Of a stretch of 64,000 nucleotides of DNA, positions 46,670-55,865 are shown piece by piece; positions within the stretch are counted from its first letter, which is position 1, and each line of letters opens with the position of its first letter. Position numbers and translations under genes: made by a program. This DNA comes from Patescibacteria group bacterium (GTDB lineage: Bacteria; Patescibacteriota; Minisyncoccia; Minisyncoccales; RBG-13-42-11): the NCBI GenBank assembly GCA_035529635.1, contig DATKWJ010000005.1, positions 1,424 to 65,423 of the forward strand. Direction: 5' to 3'. The notes under the pieces were generated by a model, which saw only the letters and a list, made by a program, of their open reading frames with translations, was not told where the DNA came from and did not search any database.

Positions 46670-47977
46670 ATGGACAAAAAAGTAATAGATATCTTTCCTC
46701 CTGCCAAAAAAGAAAAAGAAATCGAGATAAAAAAAGAATCCGCGCCGGATTTTAAGATTGTCAGCCGGCCGGCCTCGGTTTCACCCCTGAAAAAAGGCTT
46801 GTTTCTTTGCCTGTTTTTTTTGGTCTTGGCCGGTTTTCTCTGTTATTTCACTTTATCGAAAGCCGAGATAGAAATTTGGCCGGAAACCGAAATTGCGGCT
46901 TGTCAGACGGAATTGACTATTGACAAAGAGGCGGAAGTGGTCGATATTTCGAAAAAAATCATTCCCGGCCGGATTTTTCAGCAAGAGAAAAGTTTAACGA
47001 AAGATTTCCAATCATCCGGTAAGGCGCCGAAAGAGGAAAAAGCAGAGGGCGTCATAAGAGTTTATAATAATTATTCCGATTCGCCTCAAATTTTGATAGC
47101 TGCCACCCGTTTCGTTTCCTCCGACGGCAAGGTTTTTCGTACTCCCGTGAAAGTTACTATTCCGGGCGGCGTTTACGAAAAAGGAAAATTGATTCCCGGA
47201 GAGATAGACGTTAAAGTGGTGGCGGATGAAGCCGGTTCAGAATACAATATCGGTCCTGCCAATTTTTCCATTCCCGGATTCGCCGGCACTGACAGATATA
47301 TCAAGTTTTACGGCAAATCTTTTGAATCAATGGCCGGAGGTTTCAAAGAGGAAGTTGCCAAAGTGACTGAAGAAGATCTGACCCAGGCCGAAGATTCTTT
47401 GATAAGACAAGCTAAAAATGAGTGCGGACAGTCGTTGAAAAACGAATTGCAATCAACGGAGATTTCCTCGAAATTCCATTATTTTTCGGAAGAATCTCCT
47501 GTTTTCGAAATCGTTGAAAAGATCTCTTCGGTCGCGGCCGGAGGAGAAGCGAAAGAATTTAGGTTCCAGGTTAAGGTTAACTGCCGAACCCTATCGTTTC
47601 AAAAAGAGAACCTGGAGGATTTTGCCAAACAATCGATAATTTCTGAATTTTCCAAGAACAATAAGTTTAGCGGAGAAGATCCTCTTTCTTTCAATTCGGT
47701 TTACCAAGAAAGTTTGAAAATGGATTTCTCTTCGAAAACCGTTGATTTGGCGGCCGGTAAAATCGTTCTTTCTTTGAACGTTTCAGCCAAGATTTATTCG
47801 GCAGTCGACGATTATAACCTCAGGAAAGCTCTTAAAGGTAAATCATTATCGGAAGCTGAGATATTTTTGGAGAACCAGCCCAGAATCAGCCGAGTCAATG
47901 TTGAATTTTGGCCGTTTTGGGTAAGAAAAGCGCCGGACGACTTGAATAAAATCAAGATTATTATAAAGATTGACTAA
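46670..47977 (+). CDS. Membrane-anchored protein with baseplate J/gp47-like domain
   Basis: TM near the N-terminus; KAEG.I..YN, TRF...DGKVF, V.AD..G..YNI, GG; ends PFW....P. Confidence 0.65.
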   Translation: MDKKVIDIFPPAKKEKEIEIKKESAPDFKIVSRPASVSPLKKGLFLCLFFLVLAGFLCYFTLSKAEIEIWPETEIAACQTELTIDKEAEVVDISKKIIPGRIFQQEKSLTKDFQSSGKAPKEEKAEGVIRVYNNYSDSPQILIAATRFVSSDGKVFRTPVKVTIPGGVYEKGKLIPGEIDVKVVADEAGSEYNIGPANFSIPGFAGTDRYIKFYGKSFESMAGGFKEEVAKVTEEDLTQAEDSLIRQAKNECGQSLKNELQSTEISSKFHYFSEESPVFEIVEKISSVAAGGEAKEFRFQVKVNCRTLSFQKENLEDFAKQSIISEFSKNNKFSGEDPLSFNSVYQESLKMDFSSKTVDLAAGKIVLSLNVSAKIYSAVDDYNLRKALKGKSLSEAEIFLENQPRISRVNVEFWPFWVRKAPDDLNKIKIIIKID

Positions 47978-47998
47978 TTTAGTATATTTTGCTAAACT
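47970..47998 (+). promoter_or_regulatory. Promoter of the infA-alpha operon
   Basis: TTGACT, 17 nt, TG-n-TAAACT. Confidence 0.7.
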
Positions 47999-48021
47999 AA
48001 AAAATTGTTCATAATTTATAA

Positions 48022-48234
48022 ATGAAAAATAATATAAAGAAAAGCGGAATCATTATAGAATCCTTGCCCAGTACGCATTTCAGGGTGAAATTGGACAGCG
48101 GAGAAGAAACTCTTTGCCATTTAGCTGGCAAATTAAGGATGTTTCGGATTAAGATTTTGCCCGGCGACAGAGTGACCGTCGAATTAAGCCCGTACGACGC
48201 GAAAAGGGGAAGAATAGTCTACCGAGACAAGTAG
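48022..48234 (+). CDS. infA: Translation initiation factor IF-1
   Basis: LP...FRV.L, GK.R...I.ILPGD.V.VELSPYD. Confidence 0.98.
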   Translation: MKNNIKKSGIIIESLPSTHFRVKLDSGEETLCHLAGKLRMFRIKILPGDRVTVELSPYDAKRGRIVYRDK

Positions 48235-48275
48235 CCGCTTAACTTTAGAAGTTCCGGAAAACCGGTTGATCTATT

Positions 48276-48392
48276 ATGAAAGTCAGGCCGTCGGTCAAAA
48301 AAATTTGTAAAAATTGCAAAATCCTCAAAAGAAGAGGTCGAGTTTACGTCATCTGCAAAAAAAATCCTAAACATAAGCAAAGACAAGGATAA
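48276..48392 (+). CDS. rpmJ: 50S ribosomal protein L36
   Basis: Manual translation [38 protein letters not shown]. Confidence 0.98.
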   Translation: MKVRPSVKKICKNCKILKRRGRVYVICKKNPKHKQRQG

Positions 48393-48395
48393 ATT

Positions 48396-48785
48396 ATGCC
48401 GCGTATTGCCGGGGTTAACATCCCCGAAAACAAACAAATAAAAATTTCTCTGACTTATATTTACGGTATAGGCAAGACTTTGGCTAGTAGAATTTTAAAG
48501 GAAACGGAAATCAAACCGACCAAAAAAGCTTCGGAACTGACTCCCCAGGAAGTCAGTGATCTCAAAGACGTTATCGAAAAGAAATACAAGATAGAAGACG
48601 AACTCAAGAGAGAAGTGATGACGAATATCAAACGGCTGAAAGACGTGGGATCTTGGAGGGGAATCCGCCACATCAAAAAATTGCCGGTAAGGGGACAAAG
48701 AACCAAAACGAATACCCGTACCGTTCGAGGCAACGTAAGAAAAACCGTGGGTTCAGGCCGAAAGCCGGCCGCCACCCCAACATAA
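48396..48785 (+). CDS. rpsM: 30S ribosomal protein S13
   Basis: RIAGV, IYGIG, LPVRGQRTKTN. Confidence 0.98.
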   Translation: MPRIAGVNIPENKQIKISLTYIYGIGKTLASRILKETEIKPTKKASELTPQEVSDLKDVIEKKYKIEDELKREVMTNIKRLKDVGSWRGIRHIKKLPVRGQRTKTNTRTVRGNVRKTVGSGRKPAATPT

Positions 48786-48789
48786 TATT

Positions 48790-49242
48790 ATGGGAAAAAA
48801 ACGCATCATCAAACCGTCAGCCGAAGAGGAAGTATTGAAAGAAAGCGAAAAAGTGGAGACGAAAGTGAAAAAAGAAGCCAAAGAAACCCTGAAAAAAGTC
48901 AAAGAAGGGAGGATTTATATTTTATCTTCGTACAACAACACTATTATCACTTTGACCGATCTTGAAGGCAAAGTTCTCGGTTGGGTCAGCGCAGGAAGCA
49001 TCGGCTTCAAAGGAGCGAAAAAAGCGACTCCTTTTGCGGCTTCCAAAGTGGCTGAAGCCATTACCCAAACCATTCAGAAAATCGGCATTGAAAAAATAGA
49101 AATTTTGGTCAAAGGAATAGGTTCAGGAAGAGAATCGGCCATCAGGTCGCTGGCTGCCAGGGGGTTGAAAATAATTTCAATCAAAGACACGACGCCTGTT
49201 CCCCATAACGGCTGCCGTTCGCCGAAAGTAAGAAGAGTTTAA
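48790..49242 (+). CDS. rpsK: 30S ribosomal protein S11 (N-extended)
   Basis: SYNNT, TPFAA, PHNGCR. Confidence 0.98.
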   Translation: MGKKRIIKPSAEEEVLKESEKVETKVKKEAKETLKKVKEGRIYILSSYNNTIITLTDLEGKVLGWVSAGSIGFKGAKKATPFAASKVAEAITQTIQKIGIEKIEILVKGIGSGRESAIRSLAARGLKIISIKDTTPVPHNGCRSPKVRRV

Positions 49243-49246
49243 AATT

Positions 49247-49882
49247 ATGCAAGGTTCCAATTCCAAATGTAAAATTTGCCGCCGTCTGGGAACAAAGCTT
49301 TTTCTGCGCGGAGAAAGATGCTTGTCGCAGAAATGCTCGATGGTGAGAAAACCTTATCCGCCCGGCCCCAAAAGCAAAAAAAGAAGGAAATCTTTTTCCG
49401 AATACGGCAAAGAATTGAGAGAAAAGCAGAAGTTAAAAAACTGGTATAATCTGGAAGAAAGGCAATTTAGCAAATACGTCAGGGGTATTTTAAAGAAGAG
49501 GGGAAAAGCAGCCGATATCGGGGCGGCTTTGGTAGAAGTTTTGGAAAGCCGTTTAGATAACGTGGTTTTCAGACTGGGTTTCGCTGCTTCAAGAAAAACT
49601 GCCCGCCAGATCGTTTCCCACGGCCATTTTACGGTAAACGACAAGCCGGTTGACGTTCCCAGTTATTCGGTTAAAAAAGGAGACAAAATCAGCCTCAAAC
49701 CGAGTTCCCTCAAAAAAGCGTTTTTCCAGAAACTGTCTTCTTCTTTGAAAAAATATAATCCTCCTTCTTGGTTGAAGTTGGACTCCAAGAATTTGGAGGG
49801 AAAGGTTGTAAATTCGCCAAATTTGGATGAAGCCGCTCCGCCGGTGGAACTTTCGTCCATATTTGAATTTTATTCAAAATAA
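49247..49882 (+). CDS. rpsD: 30S ribosomal protein S4 (Zn-binding)
   Basis: CKICRR, LREKQK, LESRLDNVVFR. Confidence 0.98.
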   Translation: MQGSNSKCKICRRLGTKLFLRGERCLSQKCSMVRKPYPPGPKSKKRRKSFSEYGKELREKQKLKNWYNLEERQFSKYVRGILKKRGKAADIGAALVEVLESRLDNVVFRLGFAASRKTARQIVSHGHFTVNDKPVDVPSYSVKKGDKISLKPSSLKKAFFQKLSSSLKKYNPPSWLKLDSKNLEGKVVNSPNLDEAAPPVELSSIFEFYSK

Positions 49883-49884
49883 TC

Positions 49885-50685
49885 ATGTTTAATTTATCTC
49901 ATCCGCCAAAAATCGTTAAAAAAGAAAGTAATAAAGCCGTTTTCGAAATAGAAGCCCTTTATCCGGGTTACGGCGTAACCGTGGGAAATTCCTTAAGGCG
50001 AGTTTTGCTGTCGTCACTGGAAGGGGTCGCCGTCACTCAAATGAAAATAAAAGGCGTTTCGCATGAGTTTTCGACGATTCCCGGAATCATGGAAGACGTC
50101 ATTATAATAATGTTGAATCTGAAGCAATTGAGATTCAAATTATTTTCTCCGGAACCTCAAAAAGCAATACTTAAAGTAAAGGGGGAGAAAAAAGTCAAGG
50201 GTTCCGATTTCGTTTTGCCGTCGCAAGTGGAACTGGAGAATAAAAACTGCCATATCGCCACTTTGACTTCCAAATCCGCTGAATTGGAAATGGAAATTCA
50301 AATCGAAAAGGGCATCGGTTATTCTTCCCGTGAAACCAGACAAAAGGAGAAATTGGAGATCGGAGCCATTCCACTTGACGCCATTTTCACTCCTATAAGA
50401 AGGGTAACCTACAAAGTGGAAAATATGAGAGTCGGCGACAGAACGGATTATGACAGGCTGTTTTTGGAAATTGAAACCGACGGCATTATCAGTCCGGAAG
50501 AGGCCTTTTCCCAATCCGCCGAAATTTTAGTCAAGCATTTTTCCCTTTTTGCCGATACATTTAAAAAAGAAACCGTGCCGGCCGAAGCGGCGGTGCGGAA
50601 ACCAGTAACAAAGAAGCCGAAGGCAAAGAAGAAACCGGTTCAAGCTAAACATGCGGAAAAGAAAAAAAGGAAGAAAACTAAGTAG
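49885..50685 (+). CDS. rpoA: RNA polymerase alpha subunit lacking the C-terminal domain
   Basis: GYG.T.GNSLRR.LLSS.EG, HEF, RVG.RTDYD.L; a Lys-rich tail follows the NTD. Confidence 0.96.
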   Translation: MFNLSHPPKIVKKESNKAVFEIEALYPGYGVTVGNSLRRVLLSSLEGVAVTQMKIKGVSHEFSTIPGIMEDVIIIMLNLKQLRFKLFSPEPQKAILKVKGEKKVKGSDFVLPSQVELENKNCHIATLTSKSAELEMEIQIEKGIGYSSRETRQKEKLEIGAIPLDAIFTPIRRVTYKVENMRVGDRTDYDRLFLEIETDGIISPEEAFSQSAEILVKHFSLFADTFKKETVPAEAAVRKPVTKKPKAKKKPVQAKHAEKKKRKKTK

Positions 50686-51001
50686 GAAAAAAGACCAAAG
50701 AAAGGCTCTTCTGAAATCGCTGGCCGCGGCTTTGATATTGAAAGAAAAAATCAGAACCACTGAAGCCAAAGCCAAAGAAGTTTCCGGTTTCGTCGAAAAG
50801 CAGATAACCCGGGCCAAAGCCGGCACTTTGCATTCGCGGAGATTGCTGGCCAGGTATTTTTCCCCGAAAGCCGTGAAAAAATTGGTTGATGAAATCGCTC
50901 CCAAATATAAAGAAAGAAAAGGAGGATATACCAGGATAATTAAACTCGGACAAAGAAAAACAAACGGGGCGAAAATGGCCGTTATAGAATTAATCAAATA
51001 A
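50651..51001 (+). CDS. rplQ: 50S ribosomal protein L17
   Basis: RKLSR, I.TT.AKAKE, GGYTRI. Confidence 0.97.
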   Translation: MRKRKKGRKLSRKKDQRKALLKSLAAALILKEKIRTTEAKAKEVSGFVEKQITRAKAGTLHSRRLLARYFSPKAVKKLVDEIAPKYKERKGGYTRIIKLGQRKTNGAKMAVIELIK

Positions 51002-51352
51002 ATGACGAAAGAAACTAAAACAATTGATGCTGCTGGAAAAGTTTTGGGCAGATTGGCGGTTGAAATAGCCGTTTTATTGCGCGGTAAAAATAAGACGGAT
51101 TTTGCACCCTATAAGAACATAGACGACATTGTTGTTGTTAAGAACGTCGCTAAACTGAAATTCAGCGGCAGGAAGATGAAGCAAAAGAAATATTATCACC
51201 ACTCCCTTTATCTGGGAGGATTGAAAGAAATATCTTTGGAAAAAAAATTTGAAAAGAATCCGGCCGAAGTTTTACAGAAAGCTGTTTGGGGTATGCTGCC
51301 CAGAAATAAACTGAGAGCAAAAATGATGCGGCGGTTGAAAATAGAGAAATAA
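51002..51352 (+). CDS. rplM: 50S ribosomal protein L13 (short)
   Basis: IDA...LGRLA, LRGK, GMLP. Confidence 0.96.
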   Translation: MTKETKTIDAAGKVLGRLAVEIAVLLRGKNKTDFAPYKNIDDIVVVKNVAKLKFSGRKMKQKKYYHHSLYLGGLKEISLEKKFEKNPAEVLQKAVWGMLPRNKLRAKMMRRLKIEK

Positions 51353-51366
51353 TATCATTTAAGTTT

Positions 51367-51819
51367 ATGCCTAAAGTTAAAAAGACAAAAAAAACGGCCG
51401 AAGCGGTGAAACAGCCGAAAATAAAGAAAGAAAAATATTTTGAAAGCATCGGCCGAAGAAAAACAGCTGCGGCCAGAGTTCGGCTTTTTTCTCAAAAAGG
51501 GCATGTTTTTTCAGTCAATGAAAAACCCTTGGATAAATATTTTCCGACAAGGGAACTTCAGCAGTCGGTGGCTGCTCCTTTGGATTTAACCGGCTGTCTG
51601 GAACAATTTAAAGTTTCGGCGAGAGTGAAAGGCGGAGGAATGGTTTCGCAGGCCGAAGCAATCAGACACGGCATAGCCCGCGCTTTAGTTTTGTTTGATC
51701 CGGAGTTCAGGAAAAAACTGAAAAAAGCCGGCTTTCTTAAGAGAGATCCGAGAATGAGGGAAAGGAAAAAATTCGGCTTGAAAAGAGCCAGAAAAGCCCC
51801 TCAGTGGAAGAAGAGATAA
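51367..51819 (+). CDS. rpsI: 30S ribosomal protein S9
   Basis: GRRKTA.ARV, GGG...QA.A, RERKK.G...AR...Q.KR. Confidence 0.98.
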   Translation: MPKVKKTKKTAEAVKQPKIKKEKYFESIGRRKTAAARVRLFSQKGHVFSVNEKPLDKYFPTRELQQSVAAPLDLTGCLEQFKVSARVKGGGMVSQAEAIRHGIARALVLFDPEFRKKLKKAGFLKRDPRMRERKKFGLKRARKAPQWKKR

Positions 51820-51850
51820 GGAATACTCAATAAATTTTCAATTTATTTTG

Positions 51851-52555
51851 ATGTTGAAAGAGCTCATCGATAAATTTTATTTGGACAGGCAAGAAGACAG
51901 AGAACGGGACCATTTTTACGTTACCGACGCCGGCAAATGCGCCAGAGCCGTATTTTTCAAATTCAAAAACGCTCCCCGCAAAGAGATGGATGCGAATATT
52001 TTAAGATTGTTCGACCACGGCGACCACATACATCAGCTTATTATGAAGCCTCTTCTGAGCATCAGGGAAATCCACGTGGTTGCTTCCGAGGTGAATATTC
52101 CTCCCCAGGAACTGATTTCAGGCAGGGCTGACGCTATTATCAGCGACGGGAAAGATTTATACGTCCTGGACATTAAAAGCATGAACAGTATGATTTTCAG
52201 CAAGCTGTGCGAACCGAAAGAGGAAAACATCGACCAAATTCAGCTTTATCTGCATTATTTTAAAATCCCCAAAGGCATACTGCTTTACGTCAATAAAGAC
52301 AATCAGCATCTGAAGGATTTTATGGTTGATTACAATAAAAAGCGTGTTCTTTCCCTTTTGGCTGGTTTGAAAAGTCTTAAAAAGAAGATTGAAACGGACA
52401 TTATTCCCGACAAACTGCCGGATTATCCCAACAACTGGCAGTGCCGTTACTGCCAATTCAAGGCAGTTTGCGCCATTGCCAACGCCGGAGAGATCAAATG
52501 GGCTGATTTCAAAAAGAAAGTGGAGTTAAGGGAGAAGGATATTGGAATCGTATAA
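51851..52555 (+). CDS. Solo Cas4-like PD-(D/E)xK nuclease with Fe-S cysteines
   Basis: N-terminal C (KCAR), G..IH, GRAD, DIKS, Q..LY, C-terminal CRYCQFKAVC. Confidence 0.8.
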   Translation: MLKELIDKFYLDRQEDRERDHFYVTDAGKCARAVFFKFKNAPRKEMDANILRLFDHGDHIHQLIMKPLLSIREIHVVASEVNIPPQELISGRADAIISDGKDLYVLDIKSMNSMIFSKLCEPKEENIDQIQLYLHYFKIPKGILLYVNKDNQHLKDFMVDYNKKRVLSLLAGLKSLKKKIETDIIPDKLPDYPNNWQCRYCQFKAVCAIANAGEIKWADFKKKVELREKDIGIV

Positions 52556-53815
52556 GCCGTTGCCGCTTAAAACGTATATTTTTTTATCGGACTGATCCCA
52601 AATAATTTTAGCTGGGCTTCCGTTTGACGGAAGTTTTTTTATTTCAAAAACATCTATGATATTCAATCTGTCTCTGTTGTCTGTTTCGCAGATTTTGATT
52701 TTGTCTTCGGTCGTCAGCATCAGATAATCGGAATTTATCCAAGAAACATTGTTTATCTTTTCCGACAAACGGGTCAGGAAAATTTTTTCCGTTATTCCCT
52801 TGTTTCCGTTTTTCGGAAGAAAAAGCCAGATTTCATAATTTGAAAAATAAGCCAATTTTTCGTTGTCCGGGGAAACTTCCAAGGTTTTTGCGTTTTCAAA
52901 AAAGATTTCGAAAACAGCAAGATCGTCGTTGAATTTATACAAGTTATTTTTTTCTTTATCCCGTAAAAAAATGAAATTCCGGAAGATTTCCAGATTATAT
53001 TCAGTTTCTTGAATTGGGGCGAAGGGAGAAGCCGCGGCGCTGAGCCGTTCCCCGTTTTTAAAAAGATGGCCGGCTTTATCAAGATAATAAATGTCGCTGC
53101 CGTCTTCTTGGTAGGCGACAATGTTTTCCGCTGCCGGAAGAAGAGGTTTCGTTTCACTTAAAGAAGGTTCGGCTTTATCCAATTCCGTTAAGCTGAAATA
53201 TTCGGTTTCTTTTCCAGAATTTATTTCCAAATAGATTGTTTTTGAATCTTCGGAAAAATCCAACCCAGCCAATCGGACTTGCCGGGTAAAATCCTCATTG
53301 TTTATAAGATGGTTTTTGGTTTTTTTATCCAAATCGTAAGTTTCCAGTGTCCAGTCGGTTCCGTCTTGTTCCATCAGGATTATTTTTTTTCCGTCGGGAA
53401 AAAGCCAGAATTGTTCCAAATTGTCGAATAAAAGATTGAAACTGACGTCGCGGGGAAACAAAACTACGTTTTTCGCTTCGGCCACTTCTTTTTCTTTCAC
53501 TTCCAATGTTTTTTCCCAGGAATGGTATCCTTCTTTTTTGATTTCCACCTTGTATTTTTGTGGCAGGAGATTCTCGATAAAAACGGAGCCGAAGAAAAAA
53601 TCAGTTTTTTTATTTAGCTTTCCGTCAAGAAAAACCTCGACCTGTTTCGGGACGACTTTCAGAAAAAGGCCTCCCGTCTGGCTGATTTTTATTCCGCCGG
53701 CCGGCGGATTAAAATCAATTCTGTATCCTTGGGAATATAAGGCCGTTGCCGGGGCAATCAAGACGAAGGCCAACAAACAAATTAAAAATACGATTGTCCT
53801 GGTTTTTTTCGCCAT
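52526..53815 (-). CDS. Membrane-anchored PEGA-domain protein with beta-propeller-like region
   Basis: TM, then YSQGYR.D...TGGL, L.P..Y.VEI.KEGY..W.K; PDGKKI and SPDNEKLAY blades. Confidence 0.75.
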   Translation of the reverse strand: MAKKTRTIVFLICLLAFVLIAPATALYSQGYRIDFNPPAGGIKISQTGGLFLKVVPKQVEVFLDGKLNKKTDFFFGSVFIENLLPQKYKVEIKKEGYHSWEKTLEVKEKEVAEAKNVVLFPRDVSFNLLFDNLEQFWLFPDGKKIILMEQDGTDWTLETYDLDKKTKNHLINNEDFTRQVRLAGLDFSEDSKTIYLEINSGKETEYFSLTELDKAEPSLSETKPLLPAAENIVAYQEDGSDIYYLDKAGHLFKNGERLSAAASPFAPIQETEYNLEIFRNFIFLRDKEKNNLYKFNDDLAVFEIFFENAKTLEVSPDNEKLAYFSNYEIWLFLPKNGNKGITEKIFLTRLSEKINNVSWINSDYLMLTTEDKIKICETDNRDRLNIIDVFEIKKLPSNGSPAKIIWDQSDKKIYVLSGNGLYDSNILLP

Positions 53816-53905
53816 TGCCTAATCTTAGTTTATCGGAACCGTTTTGACAAGATTCGAGAGAAGTTTGCTAAAACAAAAAAAATAAGTTAAGATATTGGTG
53901 GTATT

Positions 53906-54910
53906 ATGGTAAAAAAAATAGGCATAGATCTAGGTACAACCAATTCTTTGGTTTTCCTCCCTCAAAAAGGGGTGGTTTTGCAGGAACCTTCGGTGGTGGC
54001 GGTTGCTTATGAGGAAAACAGGATTTTAGCCATCGGCAAGGAAGCGAAAGTAATGATCGGTCGCACTCCCGATATAATCAGAGTTTACCGTCCTCTTAAA
54101 GATGGGGTAATTGCCGATTTCAGGGTGACTCAGGCGATGCTTAAATACTTTATTGACAGAGTCAGCGGTTTTTGGCGGTTTTTAAAGCCGGAATTGATGA
54201 TCGGAGTGCCGGCCGGCATTACTTCTACGGAAAAAAGGGCGGTGATCGAGGCTGCTTTGAACGCCGGAGCCAAGCAGGTTTTTTTGGCTAAAGAGCCGAT
54301 TTTGGCCGCCATCGGAGCCGGTATTCCGATTAATTCCTGTTCCGGAAATATGATCGTTGACATCGGCGGGGGAACTTCCGAAATAGCCGTCATATCTCTA
54401 GGCGGTATAGTCACCTGCAGCTCGGTCAGGATCGGCGGAGACAAGATGGATGCGGCCATTGCCGACCATATTAAGAAAAAATATAATTTAGCCATCGGAG
54501 AGCAAACAGCCGAAGAGGTAAAAATAAAAATCGGCTCCGCCTTGTCGGAAAAAGAAAACAGATTTATGGAAATAAAAGGCAGGGATTTGATTTCCGGGCT
54601 GCCCAGGACGATAAAAATTTCCTCCAACGAGATTTCTGAAGCGATTTTCGATATTCTGGGAGAAATAATCAAGGTGATTAAAGCGGTCTTAAGAGATACA
54701 CCTCCCGAATTATCGGCCGACGTGATCGATAAAGGGATGATTCTTTCCGGCGGCGGAGCTTTATTGAGGAATATCGCCGGCAGAATTTCCCAAGAAACCG
54801 GCGTACCCTGTTTTCTGGCCGAAGATCCTTTGCTGTGCGTCGCCAAAGGAACGGGAGTGGTTCTGGAAAATCTCGACACTTATAAAAAAAGCATAATGTC
54901 AAAACGCTGA
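53906..54910 (+). CDS. mreB: Rod shape-determining protein MreB/Mbl (paralog 1)
   Basis: IGIDLGT, EPSVVA, PLKDGVIADF, DIGGGT, TPPEL. Confidence 0.95.
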   Translation: MVKKIGIDLGTTNSLVFLPQKGVVLQEPSVVAVAYEENRILAIGKEAKVMIGRTPDIIRVYRPLKDGVIADFRVTQAMLKYFIDRVSGFWRFLKPELMIGVPAGITSTEKRAVIEAALNAGAKQVFLAKEPILAAIGAGIPINSCSGNMIVDIGGGTSEIAVISLGGIVTCSSVRIGGDKMDAAIADHIKKKYNLAIGEQTAEEVKIKIGSALSEKENRFMEIKGRDLISGLPRTIKISSNEISEAIFDILGEIIKVIKAVLRDTPPELSADVIDKGMILSGGGALLRNIAGRISQETGVPCFLAEDPLLCVAKGTGVVLENLDTYKKSIMSKR

Positions 54911-54913
54911 AAC

Positions 54914-55858
54914 ATGCTCATCGGACATCAAAAACAATGGGATTTCCTGAAAAAAGCGGCTGAGAATAAAAGATTTTCCCACGCTTATTTATTCGCCGGC
55001 CGAGAGAAATTGGGAAAAAAAACTTTGGCTTTGCAATGGCTTTCTTTTCTTTTGGGCGATGATAACGGGAGCGGCGGTTTCAGAATAGAAAAGCATCCGG
55101 ATGTGATTTTCATCGAACCGAAACAAACAGATTCCGCTAAAGCTTTCACCGGCAAAGAAGAAATTCAAATCGTTCAAATAAGGGATTTAATCCGGAAGCT
55201 TTCACTTAAGTCGTCTGGCGCACCTTTCAAAGCGGCCGTTATAGACAACGCCCATCTGATGAACCGGGAGGCCCAATCTTCTCTTCTGAAAACTTTGGAA
55301 GAGCCGAGAGGGGAAACTCTTTTGATTTTAATCAGTGACAAAACCCAGTATCTTTTTCCGACGATTCTTTCGCGGGTCCAAACCGTCAGATTCAATTCCG
55401 TGGCCAAGGAAGAAATTGAAAATTATCTGTCAAAACAGGGCGTTTCAAAAAAGGAAACGGAAGAAATTTCCGGCCTTGCCTCGGGCCGTCCGGGAGTGGC
55501 TTTGGATTTGATTTCCGACAAGCGGAAGCTGGCGGATTTCAACCAAAGGATAGCGGAACTCGATAAAATATCGAATTCAGCACTTTGCTTCCGTTTCGAA
55601 TACGTCAAGAAACTGGCGGATGATTTGAAAAGTATAAAGGACGTTTTGGACACCTGGCTGGCTTATTTCAGAGATGTTTTGCTTGCCCGGTTTTCTTCCT
55701 CAAAATCGAGTTGTCGGCCGACGAATGAAAATTTTGAAAGATATCCGGCCGCCAAAATAAAAAATATCATTGAAAACATTCAAACAACGAAATTCCTGCT
55801 GGCCAGCACCAATGCCAATTCCAAATTGGCTTTGGAAACGCTAATGCTGGAATTTTAA
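54914..55858 (+). CDS. holB: DNA polymerase III delta' subunit
   Basis: HAYLF.G, HPD, LLKTLEEP, TILSR. Confidence 0.9.
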   Translation: MLIGHQKQWDFLKKAAENKRFSHAYLFAGREKLGKKTLALQWLSFLLGDDNGSGGFRIEKHPDVIFIEPKQTDSAKAFTGKEEIQIVQIRDLIRKLSLKSSGAPFKAAVIDNAHLMNREAQSSLLKTLEEPRGETLLILISDKTQYLFPTILSRVQTVRFNSVAKEEIENYLSKQGVSKKETEEISGLASGRPGVALDLISDKRKLADFNQRIAELDKISNSALCFRFEYVKKLADDLKSIKDVLDTWLAYFRDVLLARFSSSKSSCRPTNENFERYPAAKIKNIIENIQTTKFLLASTNANSKLALETLMLEF

Positions 55859-55865
55859 TTTTTTT

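Noticed and set aside
51820-52600. CRISPR-Cas locus around the Cas4-like gene
   Set aside because: No repeat-spacer array and no other cas gene seen in the window.
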